A stretch of DNA of 64,000 bases from Auanema rhodensis (taxonomy: Eukaryota > Animalia > Nematoda): contig OZ059897.1 in NCBI GenBank assembly GCA_964057225.1, positions 4,278,001-4,342,000 of the forward strand, in the 5' to 3' direction. Below the pieces are notes generated by a model, which had not been told where the DNA came from, ran no database searches, and saw only the letters and a program-made list of their open reading frames with translations. Both the position numbers and the translations under genes were made by a program. Below, piece after piece: positions 27,101-39,661 of the stretch (positions within the stretch are counted from its first letter, which is position 1; each line of letters starts with the position of its first letter).

Positions 27101-30100
27101 AAAAAGAAATCTAAAAACTCCTACTTTTTGTGAAATTATTTAGAAATTTTTCGGGAAAATTTTTGTCACAATGTTTTTGGAAGCAATGTTGAGTGTACAT
27201 GGGAACTCAGCATACACTAATGCATTATTTTTCAAACGATCATAACTAAATTTTGTATAGAGCGTTTCTCAATGTAGTATAGTGCATTCGATGCGGATTT
27301 TTAAGCTGCGTCGATCTGTGTTATCAGATTTGAGTTAGCTTAAAAATGCACCGAGATATCAACTGATATATGTTCACACTTATATCCTCGATTTTCACCC
27401 TGAAGAAATGATTTTTTCGTTGAAAAACATTGTCCATCGTATTCGTCTTGAAAAAAAGAATCTAAAAACATCTACTTTTTGTGAAATTATTCAGAAATTT
27501 TTCGGGAAAATTTTTGTCAAAATGTTTTTGGAAGCAATGTTGAGTGTACATGGGAACTCAACATACACTAATGCATTATTTTTCAAACGATCATAACTAA
27601 TTTTTGTATGGAGCGTTTCTCAATGTAGTATAGTGCATTCGATGCGGATTTTTAAGCTGCGTTGATCTGTGTTATCAGATTTGCGCTAGCTTAAAAATGC
27701 ACCGAGTAATCAACTGATATAGGTTCACACTTATATCCTCGATTTTCACCCTGAAGAATTAATTTTTTCGTTGAATAACATTGTCCATCGTCTTTGCCTT
27801 GAAAAAAGAAATCTAAAAACTCCTACTTTTCGTGAAATTATTTAGAAATTTTTCGGGAAAATTTTTGTCACAATGTTTTTGGAAGCAATGTTGAGTGTAC
27901 ATGGGAACTCAGCATACACTAATGCATTATTTTTCAAACGATCATAACTAATTTTTGTATAGAGCGTTTCTCAATGTAGTATAGTGCATTCGATGCGGAT
28001 TTTTAAGCTGCGTCGATCTGTGTTATCAGATTCGAGTTAGCTTGAAAATGCACCGAGATATCAACTGATATATGTTCACACTTATATCCTCGATTTTCAC
28101 CCTGAAGAAATGATTTTTTCGTTGAAAAACATTGTCCATCGTATTCGTCTTGAAAAAAGGAATCTAAAAAATCTACTTTTTGTGAAATTATTTAGAAATT
28201 TTTCGGGAAAATTTTTGTCACAATGTTTTTGGAAGCAATGTTGAGTGTACATGGGAACTCAGCATACACTAATGCATTATTTTTCAAACGATCATAACTA
28301 ATTTTTGTATGGAGCGTTTCTCAATGTAGTATAGTGCATTCGATGCGGATTTTTGAGCTGCGTTGATCTGTGTTATCAGATTTGCGCTAGCTTAAAAATG
28401 CACCGAGTAATCAACTGATATAGGTTCACACTTATATCCTCGATTTTTACCCTGAAGAATTAATTTTTTCGTTGAATAACATTGTCCATCGTCTTTGCCT
28501 TGAGAAAAGAAATTTAAAAACTCCTACTTTTTGTGAAATTATTTAGAAATTTTTCGGGAAAATTTTTGTCACAATGTTTTTGGAAGCAATGTTGAGTGTA
28601 CATGGGAACTCAGCATACACTAATGCATTATTTTTCAAACGATCATAACTAATTTTTAAATAGAGCGTTTCTTAATGTAGTATAGTGCATTCGATGCGGA
28701 TTTTTGAGCTGCGTTGATCTGTGTTATCAGATTTGCGCTAGCTTAAAAATGCACCGAGTAATCAACTGATATATGTTCACACTTATATCCTCGATTTTCA
28801 CCCTGAAGAAATGATTTTTTCGTTGAAAAACATTGTCCATCGTATTCGTCTTGAAAAAAAGAATCTAAAAACATCTACTTTTTGTGAAATTATTTAGAAA
28901 TTTTTCGGGAAAATTTTTGTCACAATGTTTTTGGAAGCAATGTTGAGTGTACATGGGAACTCAGCATACACTAATGCATTATTTTTCAAACGATCATAAC
29001 TAATTTTTAAATAGAGCGTTTCTCAATGTAGTATAGTGCATTCGATGCGGATTTTTGAGCTGCGTTGATCTGTGTTATCAGATTTGAGTTAGCTTAAAAA
29101 TGCACCGAGATATCAACTGATATATGTTCACACTTATATCCTCGATTTTCACCCTGAAGAAATGATTTTTTCGTTGAAAAACATTGTCCATCGTATTCGT
29201 CTTGAAAAAAAGAATCTAAAAACATCTACTTTTTGTGAAATTATTCAGAAATTTTTCGGGAAAATTTTTGTCAAAATGTTTTTGGAAGCAATGTTGAGTG
29301 TACATGGGAACTCAACATACACTAATGCATTATTTTTCAAACGATCATAACTAATTTTTGTATGGAGCGTTTCTCAATGTAGTATAGTGCATTCGATGCG
29401 GATTTTTAAGCTGCGTTGATCTGTGTTATCAGATTTGCGCTAGCTTAAAAATGCACCGAGTAATCAACTGATATAGGTTCACACTTATATCCTCGATTTT
29501 CACCCTGAAGAATTAATTTTTTCGTTGAATAACATTGTCCATCGTCTTTGCCTTGAAAAAAGAAATCTAAAAACTCCTACTTTTTGTGAAATTATTTAGA
29601 AATTTTTCGGGAAAATTTTTGTCACAATGTTTTTGGAAGCAATGTTGAGTGTACATGGGAACTCAGCATACACTAATGCATTATTTTTCAAACGATCATA
29701 ACTAAATTTTGTATAGAGCGTTTCTCAATGTAGTATAGTGCATTCGATGCGGATTTTTAAGCTGCGTCGATCTGTGTTATCAGATTTGAGTTAGCTTAAA
29801 AATGCACCGAGATATCAACTGATATATGTTCACACTTATATCCTCGATTTTCACCCTGAAGAAATGATTTTTTCGTTGAAAAACATTGTCCATCGTATTC
29901 GTCTTGAAAAAAAGAATCTAAAAACATCTACTTTTTGTGAAATTATTCAGAAATTTTTCGGGAAAATTTTTGTCAAAATGTTTTTGGAAGCAATGTTGAG
30001 TGTACATGGGAACTCAACATACACTAATGCATTATTTTTCAAACGATCATAACTAATTTTTGTATGGAGCGTTTCTCAATGTAGTATAGTGCATTCGATG

Positions 30101-30719
30101 CGGATTTTTAAGCTGCGTTGATCTGTGTTATCAGATTTGCGCTAGCTTAAAAATGCACCGAGTAATCAACTGATATAGGTTCACACTTATATCCTCGATT
30201 TTCACCCTGAAGAATTAATTTTTTCGTTGAATAACATTGTCCATCGTCTTTGCCTTGAAAAAAGAAATCTAAAAACTCCTACTTTTCGTGAAATTATTTA
30301 GAAATTTTTCGGGAAAATTTTTGTCACAATGTTTTTGGAAGCAATGTTGAGTGTACATGGGAACTCAGCATACACTAATGCATTATTTTTCAAACGATCA
30401 TAACTAATTTTTGTATAGAGCGTTTCTCAATGTAGTATAGTGCATTCGATGCGGATTTTTAAGCTGCGTCGATCTGTGTTATCAGATTCGAGTTAGCTTG
30501 AAAATGCACCGAGATATCAACTGATATATGTTCACACTTATATCCTCGATTTTCACCCTGAAGAAATGATTTTTTCGTTGAAAAACATTGTCCATCGTAT
30601 TCGTCTTGAAAAAAGGAATCTAAAAAATCTACTTTTTGTGAAATTATTTAGAAATTTTTCGGGAAAATTTTTGTCACAATGTTTTTGGAAGCAATGTTGA
30701 GTGTACATGGGAACTCAGC
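25855..30719 (+). repeat. 7-mer tandem duplication (2456 bp) carrying a 1-bp deletion
   Basis: The same deleted C (aaaaa^atct) occurs at ~28171 and ~30627, and the same gattCgag variant at 28033 and 30489, both offset by 2456. Confidence 0.92.
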
Positions 30720-30886
30720 ATACACTAATGCATTATTTTTCAAACGATCATAACTAATTTTTGTATAGAGCGTTTCTCAATGTAGTATAGTGCATTCGAT
30801 GCGGATTTTTAAGCTGCGTCGATCTGTGTTATCAGATTTGAGTTAGCTTAAAAATGCACCGAGATATCAACTGATATATGTTCACA

Positions 30887-33800
30887 CTTATATCCTCGAT
30901 TTTCACCCTGAAGAAATGATTTTTTCGTTGAAAAACATTGTCCATCGTATTCGTCTTGAAAAAAAGAATCTAAAAACATCTACTTTTTGTGAAATTGTTC
31001 AGAAATTTTTCGGGAAAATTTTTGTCAAAATGTTTTTGGAAGCAATGTTGAGTGTACATGGGAACTCAACATACACTAATGCATTATTTTTCAAACGATC
31101 ATAACTAATTTTTGTATGGAGCGTTTCTCAATGTAGTATAGTGCATTCGATGCGGATTTTTGAGCTGCGTTGATCTGTGTTATCAGATTTGCGCTAGCTT
31201 AAAAATGCACCGAGTAATCAACTGATATAGGTTCACACTTATATCCTCGATTTTCACCCTGAAGAATTAATTTTTTCGTTGAATAACATTGTCCATCGTC
31301 TTTGCCTTGAGAAAAGAAATCTAAAAACTCTTACTTTTTGTGAAATTATTTAGAAATTTTTCGGGAAAATTTTTGTCACAATGTTTTTGGAAGCAATGTT
31401 GAGTGTACATGGGAACTCAGCATACACTAATGCATTATTTTTCAAACGATCATAACTAATTTTTAAATAGAGCGTTTCTCAATGTAGTATAGTGCATTCG
31501 ATGCGGATTTTTGAGCTGCGTTGATCTGTGTTATCAGATTTGAGTTAGCTTAAAAATGCACCGAGATATCAACTGATATATGTTCACACTTATATCCTCG
31601 ATTTTCACCCTGAAGAAATGATTTTTTCGTTGAAAAACATTGTCCATCGTATTCGTCTTGAAAAAAAGAATCTAAAAACATCTACTTTTTGTGAAATTAT
31701 TTAGAAATTTTTCGGGAAAATTTTTGTCACAATGTTTTTGGAAGCAATGTTGAGTGTACATGGGAACTCAGCATACACTAATGCATTATTTTTCAAACGA
31801 TCATAACTAATTTTTAAATAGAGCGTTTCTCAATGTAGTATAGTGCATTCGATGCGGATTTTTGAGCTGCGTTGATCTGTGTTATCAGATTTGAGTTAGC
31901 TTAAAAATGCACCGAGATATCAACTGATATATGTTCACACTTAAATCCTCGATTTTCACCCTGAAGAAATGATTTTTTCGTTGAAAAACATTGTCCATCG
32001 TATTCGTCTTGAAAAAAAGAATCTAAAAACATCTACTTTTTGTGAAATTATTCAGAAATTTTTCGGGAAAATTTTTGTCAAAATGTTTTTGGAAGCAATG
32101 TTGAGTGTACATGGGAACTCAACATACACTAATGCATTATTTTTCAAACGATCATAACTAATTTTTGTATGGAGCGTTTCTCAATGTAGTATAGTGCATT
32201 CGATGCGGATTTTTAAGCTGCGTTGATCTGTGTTATCAGATTTGCGCTAGCTTAAAAATGCACCGAGTAATCAACTGATATAGGTTCACACTTATATCCT
32301 CGATTTTCACCCTGAAGAATTAATTTTTTCGTTGAATAACATTGTCCATCGTCTTTGCCTTGAAAAAAGAAATCTAAAAACTCCTACTTTTTGTGAAATT
32401 ATTTAGAAATTTTTCGGGAAAATTTTTGTCACAATGTTTTTGGAAGCAATGTTGAGTGTACATGGGAACTCAGCATACACTAATGCATTATTTTTCAAAC
32501 GATCATAACTAAATTTTGTATAGAGCGTTTCTCAATGTAGTATAGTGCATTCGATGCGGATTTTTAAGCTGCGTCGATCTGTGTTATCAGATTTGAGTTA
32601 GCTTAAAAATGCACCGAGATATCAACTGATATATGTTCACACTTATATCCTCGATTTTCACCCTGAAGAAATGATTTTTTCGTTGAAAAACATTGTCCAT
32701 CGTATTCGTCTTGAAAAAAAGAATCTAAAAACATCTACTTTTTGTGAAATTATTCAGAAATTTTTCGGGAAAATTTTTGTCAAAATGTTTTTGGAAGCAA
32801 TGTTGAGTGTACATGGGAACTCAACATACACTAATGCATTATTTTTCAAACGATCATAACTAATTTTTGTATGGAGCGTTTCTCAATGTAGTATAGTGCA
32901 TTCGATGCGGATTTTTAAGCTGCGTTGATCTGTGTTATCAGATTTGCGCTAGCTTAAAAATGCACCGAGTAATCAACTGATATAGGTTCACACTTATATC
33001 CTCGATTTTCACCCTGAAGAATTAATTTTTTCGTTGAATAACATTGTCCATCGTCTTTGCCTTGAAAAAAGAAATCTAAAAACTCCTACTTTTCGTGAAA
33101 TTATTTAGAAATTTTTCGGGAAAATTTTTGTCACAATGTTTTTGGAAGCAATGTTGAGTGTACATGGGAACTCAGCATACACTAATGCATTATTTTTCAA
33201 ACGATCATAACTAATTTTTGTATAGAGCGTTTCTCAATGTAGTATAGTGCATTCGATGCGGATTTTTAAGCTGCGTCGATCTGTGTTATCAGATTTGAGT
33301 TAGCTTAAAAATGCACCGAGATATCAACTGATATATGTTCACACTTATATCCTCGATTTTCACCCTGAAGAAATGATTTTTTCGTTGAAAAACATTGTCC
33401 ATCGTATTCGTCTTGAAAAAAAGAATCTAAAAACATCTACTTTTTGTGAAATTGTTCAGAAATTTTTCGGGAAAATTTTTGTCAAAATGTTTTTGGAAGC
33501 AATGTTGAGTGTACATGGGAACTCAACATACACTAATGCATTATTTTTCAAACGATCATAACTAATTTTTGTATGGAGCGTTTCTCAATGTAGTATAGTG
33601 CATTCGATGCGGATTTTTGAGCTGCGTTGATCTGTGTTATCAGATTTGCGCTAGCTTAAAAATGCACCGAGTAATCAACTGATATAGGTTCACACTTATA
33701 TCCTCGATTTTCACCCTGAAGAATTAATTTTTTCGTTGAATAACATTGTCCATCGTCTTTGCCTTGAGAAAAGAAATCTAAAAACTCTTACTTTTTGTGA

Positions 33801-36800
33801 AATTATTTAGAAATTTTTCGGGAAAATTTTTGTCACAATGTTTTTGGAAGCAATGTTGAGTGTACATGGGAACTCAGCATACACTAATGCATTATTTTTC
33901 AAACGATCATAACTAATTTTTAAATAGAGCGTTTCTCAATGTAGTATAGTGCATTCGATGCGGATTTTTGAGCTGCGTTGATCTGTGTTATCAGATTTGA
34001 GTTAGCTTAAAAATGCACCGAGATATCAACTGATATATGTTCACACTTATATCCTCGATTTTCACCCTGAAGAAATGATTTTTTCGTTGAAAAACATTGT
34101 CCATCGTATTCGTCTTGAAAAAAAGAATCTAAAAACATCTACTTTTTGTGAAATTATTTAGAAATTTTTCGGGAAAATTTTTGTCACAATGTTTTTGGAA
34201 GCAATGTTGAGTGTACATGGGAACTCAGCATACACTAATGCATTATTTTTCAAACGATCATAACTAATTTTTAAATAGAGCGTTTCTCAATGTAGTATAG
34301 TGCATTCGATGCGGATTTTTGAGCTGCGTTGATCTGTGTTATCAGATTTGAGTTAGCTTAAAAATGCACCGAGATATCAACTGATATATGTTCACACTTA
34401 AATCCTCGATTTTCACCCTGAAGAAATGATTTTTTCGTTGAAAAACATTGTCCATCGTATTCGTCTTGAAAAAAAGAATCTAAAAACATCTACTTTTTGT
34501 GAAATTATTCAGAAATTTTTCGGGAAAATTTTTGTCAAAATGTTTTTGGAAGCAATGTTGAGTGTACATGGGAACTCAACATACACTAATGCATTATTTT
34601 TCAAACGATCATAACTAATTTTTGTATGGAGCGTTTCTCAATGTAGTATAGTGCATTCGATGCGGATTTTTAAGCTGCGTTGATCTGTGTTATCAGATTT
34701 GCGCTAGCTTAAAAATGCACCGAGTAATCAACTGATATAGGTTCACACTTATATCCTCGATTTTCACCCTGAAGAATTAATTTTTTCGTTGAATAACATT
34801 GTCCATCGTCTTTGCCTTGAAAAAAGAAATCTAAAAACTCCTACTTTTTGTGAAATTATTTAGAAATTTTTCGGGAAAATTTTTGTCACAATGTTTTTGG
34901 AAGCAATGTTGAGTGTACATGGGAACTCAGCATACACTAATGCATTATTTTTCAAACGATCATAACTAAATTTTGTATAGAGCGTTTCTCAATGTAGTAT
35001 AGTGCATTCGATGCGGATTTTTAAGCTGCGTCGATCTGTGTTATCAGATTTGAGTTAGCTTAAAAATGCACCGAGATATCAACTGATATATGTTCACACT
35101 TATATCCTCGATTTTCACCCTGAAGAAATGATTTTTTCGTTGAAAAACATTGTCCATCGTATTCGTCTTGAAAAAAAGAATCTAAAAACATCTACTTTTT
35201 GTGAAATTATTCAGAAATTTTTCGGGAAAATTTTTGTCAAAATGTTTTTGGAAGCAATGTTGAGTGTACATGGGAACTCAACATACACTAATGCATTATT
35301 TTTCAAACGATCATAACTAATTTTTGTATGGAGCGTTTCTCAATGTAGTATAGTGCATTCGATGCGGATTTTTAAGCTGCGTTGATCTGTGTTATCAGAT
35401 TTGCGCTAGCTTAAAAATGCACCGAGTAATCAACTGATATAGGTTCACACTTATATCCTCGATTTTCACCCTGAAGAATTAATTTTTTCGTTGAATAACA
35501 TTGTCCATCGTCTTTGCCTTGAAAAAAGAAATCTAAAAACTCCTACTTTTCGTGAAATTATTTAGAAATTTTTCGGGAAAATTTTTGTCACAATGTTTTT
35601 GGAAGCAATGTTGAGTGTACATGGGAACTCAGCATACACTAATGCATTATTTTTCAAACGATCATAACTAATTTTTGTATAGAGCGTTTCTCAATGTAGT
35701 ATAGTGCATTCGATGCGGATTTTTAAGCTGCGTCGATCTGTGTTATCAGATTTGAGTTAGCTTGAAAATGCACCGAGATATCAACTGATATATGTTCACA
35801 CTTATATCCTCGATTTTCACCCTGAAGAAATGATTTTTTCGTTGAAAAACATTGTCCATCGTATTCGTCTTGAAAAAAGGAATCTAAAAACATCTACTTT
35901 TTGTGAAATTATTTAGAAATTTTTCGGGAAAATTTTTGTCACAATGTTTTTGGAAGCAATGTTGAGTGTACATGGGAACTCAGCATACACTAATGCATTA
36001 TTTTTCAAACGATCATAACTAATTTTTGTATAGAGCGTTTCTCAATGTAGTATAGTGCATTCGATGCGGATTTTTAAGCTGCGTCGATCTGTGTTATCAG
36101 ATTTGAGTTAGCTTAAAAATGCACCGAGATATCAACTGATATATGTTCACACTTATATCCTCGATTTTCACCCTGAAGAAATGATTTTTTCGTTGAAAAA
36201 CATTGTCCATCGTATTCGTCTTGAAAAAAAGAATCTAAAAACATCTACTTTTTGTGAAATTGTTCAGAAATTTTTCGGGAAAATTTTTGTCAAAATGTTT
36301 TTGGAAGCAATGTTGAGTGTACATGGGAACTCAACATACACTAATGCATTATTTTTCAAACGATCATAACTAATTTTTGTATGGAGCGTTTCTCAATGTA
36401 GTATAGTGCATTCGATGCGGATTTTTGAGCTGCGTTGATCTGTGTTATCAGATTTGCGCTAGCTTAAAAATGCACCGAGTAATCAACTGATATAGGTTCA
36501 CACTTATATCCTCGATTTTCACCCTGAAGAATTAATTTTTTCGTTGAATAACATTGTCCATCGTCTTTGCCTTGAGAAAAGAAATCTAAAAACTCTTACT
36601 TTTTGTGAAATTATTTAGAAATTTTTCGGGAAAATTTTTGTCACAATGTTTTTGGAAGCAATGTTGAGTGTACATGGGAACTCAGCATACACTAATGCAT
36701 TATTTTTCAAACGATCATAACTAATTTTTAAATAGAGCGTTTCTCAATGTAGTATAGTGCATTCGATGCGGATTTTTGAGCTGCGTTGATCTGTGTTATC

Positions 36801-39661
36801 AGATTTGAGTTAGCTTAAAAATGCACCGAGATATCAACTGATATATGTTCACACTTATATCCTCGATTTTCACCCTGAAGAAATGATTTTTTCGTTGAAA
36901 AACATTGTCCATCGTATTCGTCTTGAAAAAAAGAATCTAAAAACATCTACTTTTTGTGAAATTATTTAGAAATTTTTCGGGAAAATTTTTGTCACAATGT
37001 TTTTGGAAGCAATGTTGAGTGTACATGGGAACTCAGCATACACTAATGCATTATTTTTCAAACGATCATAACTAATTTTTAAATAGAGCGTTTCTCAATG
37101 TAGTATAGTGCATTCGATGCGGATTTTTGAGCTGCGTTGATCTGTGTTATCAGATTTGAGTTAGCTTAAAAATGCACCGAGATATCAACTGATATATGTT
37201 CACACTTAAATCCTCGATTTTCACCCTGAAGAAATGATTTTTTCGTTGAAAAACATTGTCCATCGTATTCGTCTTGAAAAAAAGAATCTAAAAACATCTA
37301 CTTTTTGTGAAATTATTCAGAAATTTTTCGGGAAAATTTTTGTCAAAATGTTTTTGGAAGCAATGTTGAGTGTACATGGGAACTCAACATACACTAATGC
37401 ATTATTTTTCAAACGATCATAACTAATTTTTGTATGGAGCGTTTCTCAATGTAGTATAGTGCATTCGATGCGGATTTTTAAGCTGCGTTGATCTGTGTTA
37501 TCAGATTTGCGCTAGCTTAAAAATGCACCGAGTAATCAACTGATATAGGTTCACACTTATATCCTCGATTTTCACCCTGAAGAATTAATTTTTTCGTTGA
37601 ATAACATTGTCCATCGTCTTTGCCTTGAAAAAAGAAATCTAAAAACTCCTACTTTTTGTGAAATTATTTAGAAATTTTTCGGGAAAATTTTTGTCACAAT
37701 GTTTTTGGAAGCAATGTTGAGTGTACATGGGAACTCAGCATACACTAATGCATTATTTTTCAAACGATCATAACTAAATTTTGTATAGAGCGTTTCTCAA
37801 TGTAGTATAGTGCATTCGATGCGGATTTTTAAGCTGCGTCGATCTGTGTTATCAGATTTGAGTTAGCTTAAAAATGCACCGAGATATCAACTGATATATG
37901 TTCACACTTATATCCTCGATTTTCACCCTGAAGAAATGATTTTTTCGTTGAAAAACATTGTCCATCGTATTCGTCTTGAAAAAAAGAATCTAAAAACATC
38001 TACTTTTTGTGAAATTATTCAGAAATTTTTCGGGAAAATTTTTGTCAAAATGTTTTTGGAAGCAATGTTGAGTGTACATGGGAACTCAACATACACTAAT
38101 GCATTATTTTTCAAACGATCATAACTAATTTTTGTATGGAGCGTTTCTCAATGTAGTATAGTGCATTCGATGCGGATTTTTAAGCTGCGTTGATCTGTGT
38201 TATCAGATTTGCGCTAGCTTAAAAATGCACCGAGTAATCAACTGATATAGGTTCACACTTATATCCTCGATTTTCACCCTGAAGAATTAATTTTTTCGTT
38301 GAATAACATTGTCCATCGTCTTTGCCTTGAAAAAAGAAATCTAAAAACTCCTACTTTTCGTGAAATTATTTAGAAATTTTTCGGGAAAATTTTTGTCACA
38401 ATGTTTTTGGAAGCAATGTTGAGTGTACATGGGAACTCAGCATACACTAATGCATTATTTTTCAAACGATCATAACTAATTTTTGTATAGAGCGTTTCTC
38501 AATGTAGTATAGTGCATTCGATGCGGATTTTTAAGCTGCGTCGATCTGTGTTATCAGATTTGAGTTAGCTTGAAAATGCACCGAGATATCAACTGATATA
38601 TGTTCACACTTATATCCTCGATTTTCACCCTGAAGAAATGATTTTTTCGTTGAAAAACATTGTCCATCGTATTCGTCTTGAAAAAAGGAATCTAAAAACA
38701 TCTACTTTTTGTGAAATTATTTAGAAATTTTTCGGGAAAATTTTTGTCACAATGTTTTTGGAAGCAATGTTGAGTGTACATGGGAACTCAGCATACACTA
38801 ATGCATTATTTTTCAAACGATCATAACTAATTTTTGTATAGAGCGTTTCTCAATGTAGTATAGTGCATTCGATGCGGATTTTTAAGCTGCGTCGATCTGT
38901 GTTATCAGATTTGAGTTAGCTTAAAAATGCACCGAGATATCAACTGATATATGTTCACACTTATATCCTCGATTTTCACCCTGAAGAAATGATTTTTTCG
39001 TTGAAAAACATTGTCCATCGTATTCGTCTTGAAAAAAAGAATCTAAAAACATCTACTTTTTGTGAAATTGTTCAGAAATTTTTCGGGAAAATTTTTGTCA
39101 AAATGTTTTTGGAAGCAATGTTGAGTGTACATGGGAACTCAACATACACTAATGCATTATTTTTCAAACGATCATAACTAATTTTTGTATGGAGCGTTTC
39201 TCAATGTAGTATAGTGCATTCGATGCGGATTTTTGAGCTGCGTTGATCTGTGTTATCAGATTTGCGCTAGCTTAAAAATGCACCGAGTAATCAACTGATA
39301 TAGGTTCACACTTATATCCTCGATTTTCACCCTGAAGAATTAATTTTTTCGTTGAATAACATTGTCCATCGTCTTTGCCTTGAGAAAAGAAATCTAAAAA
39401 CTCCTACTTTTTGTGAAATTATTTAGAAATTTTTCGGGAAAATTTTTGTCACAATGTTTTTGGAAGCAATGTTGAGTGTACATGGGAACTCAGCATACAC
39501 TAATGCATTATTTTTCAAACGATCATAACTATATTTTAAATAGAGCGTTTCTCAATGTAGTATAGTGCATTCGATGCGGATTTTTGAGCTGCGTTGATCT
39601 GTGTTATCAGATTTGAGTTAGCTTAAAAATGCACCGAGATATCAACTGATATATGTTCACA
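30887..39661 (+). repeat. 8-mer higher-order repeat (2808 bp); units of 7, 8, 8 monomers and a partial
   Basis: The diagnostic aaattGttcag (EIVQ ORFs) occurs at 30916, 33373, 36181 and 38989 (offsets 2457, 2808, 2808). actcTtac and cttaAatcct recur with the same spacing. Confidence 0.9.
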
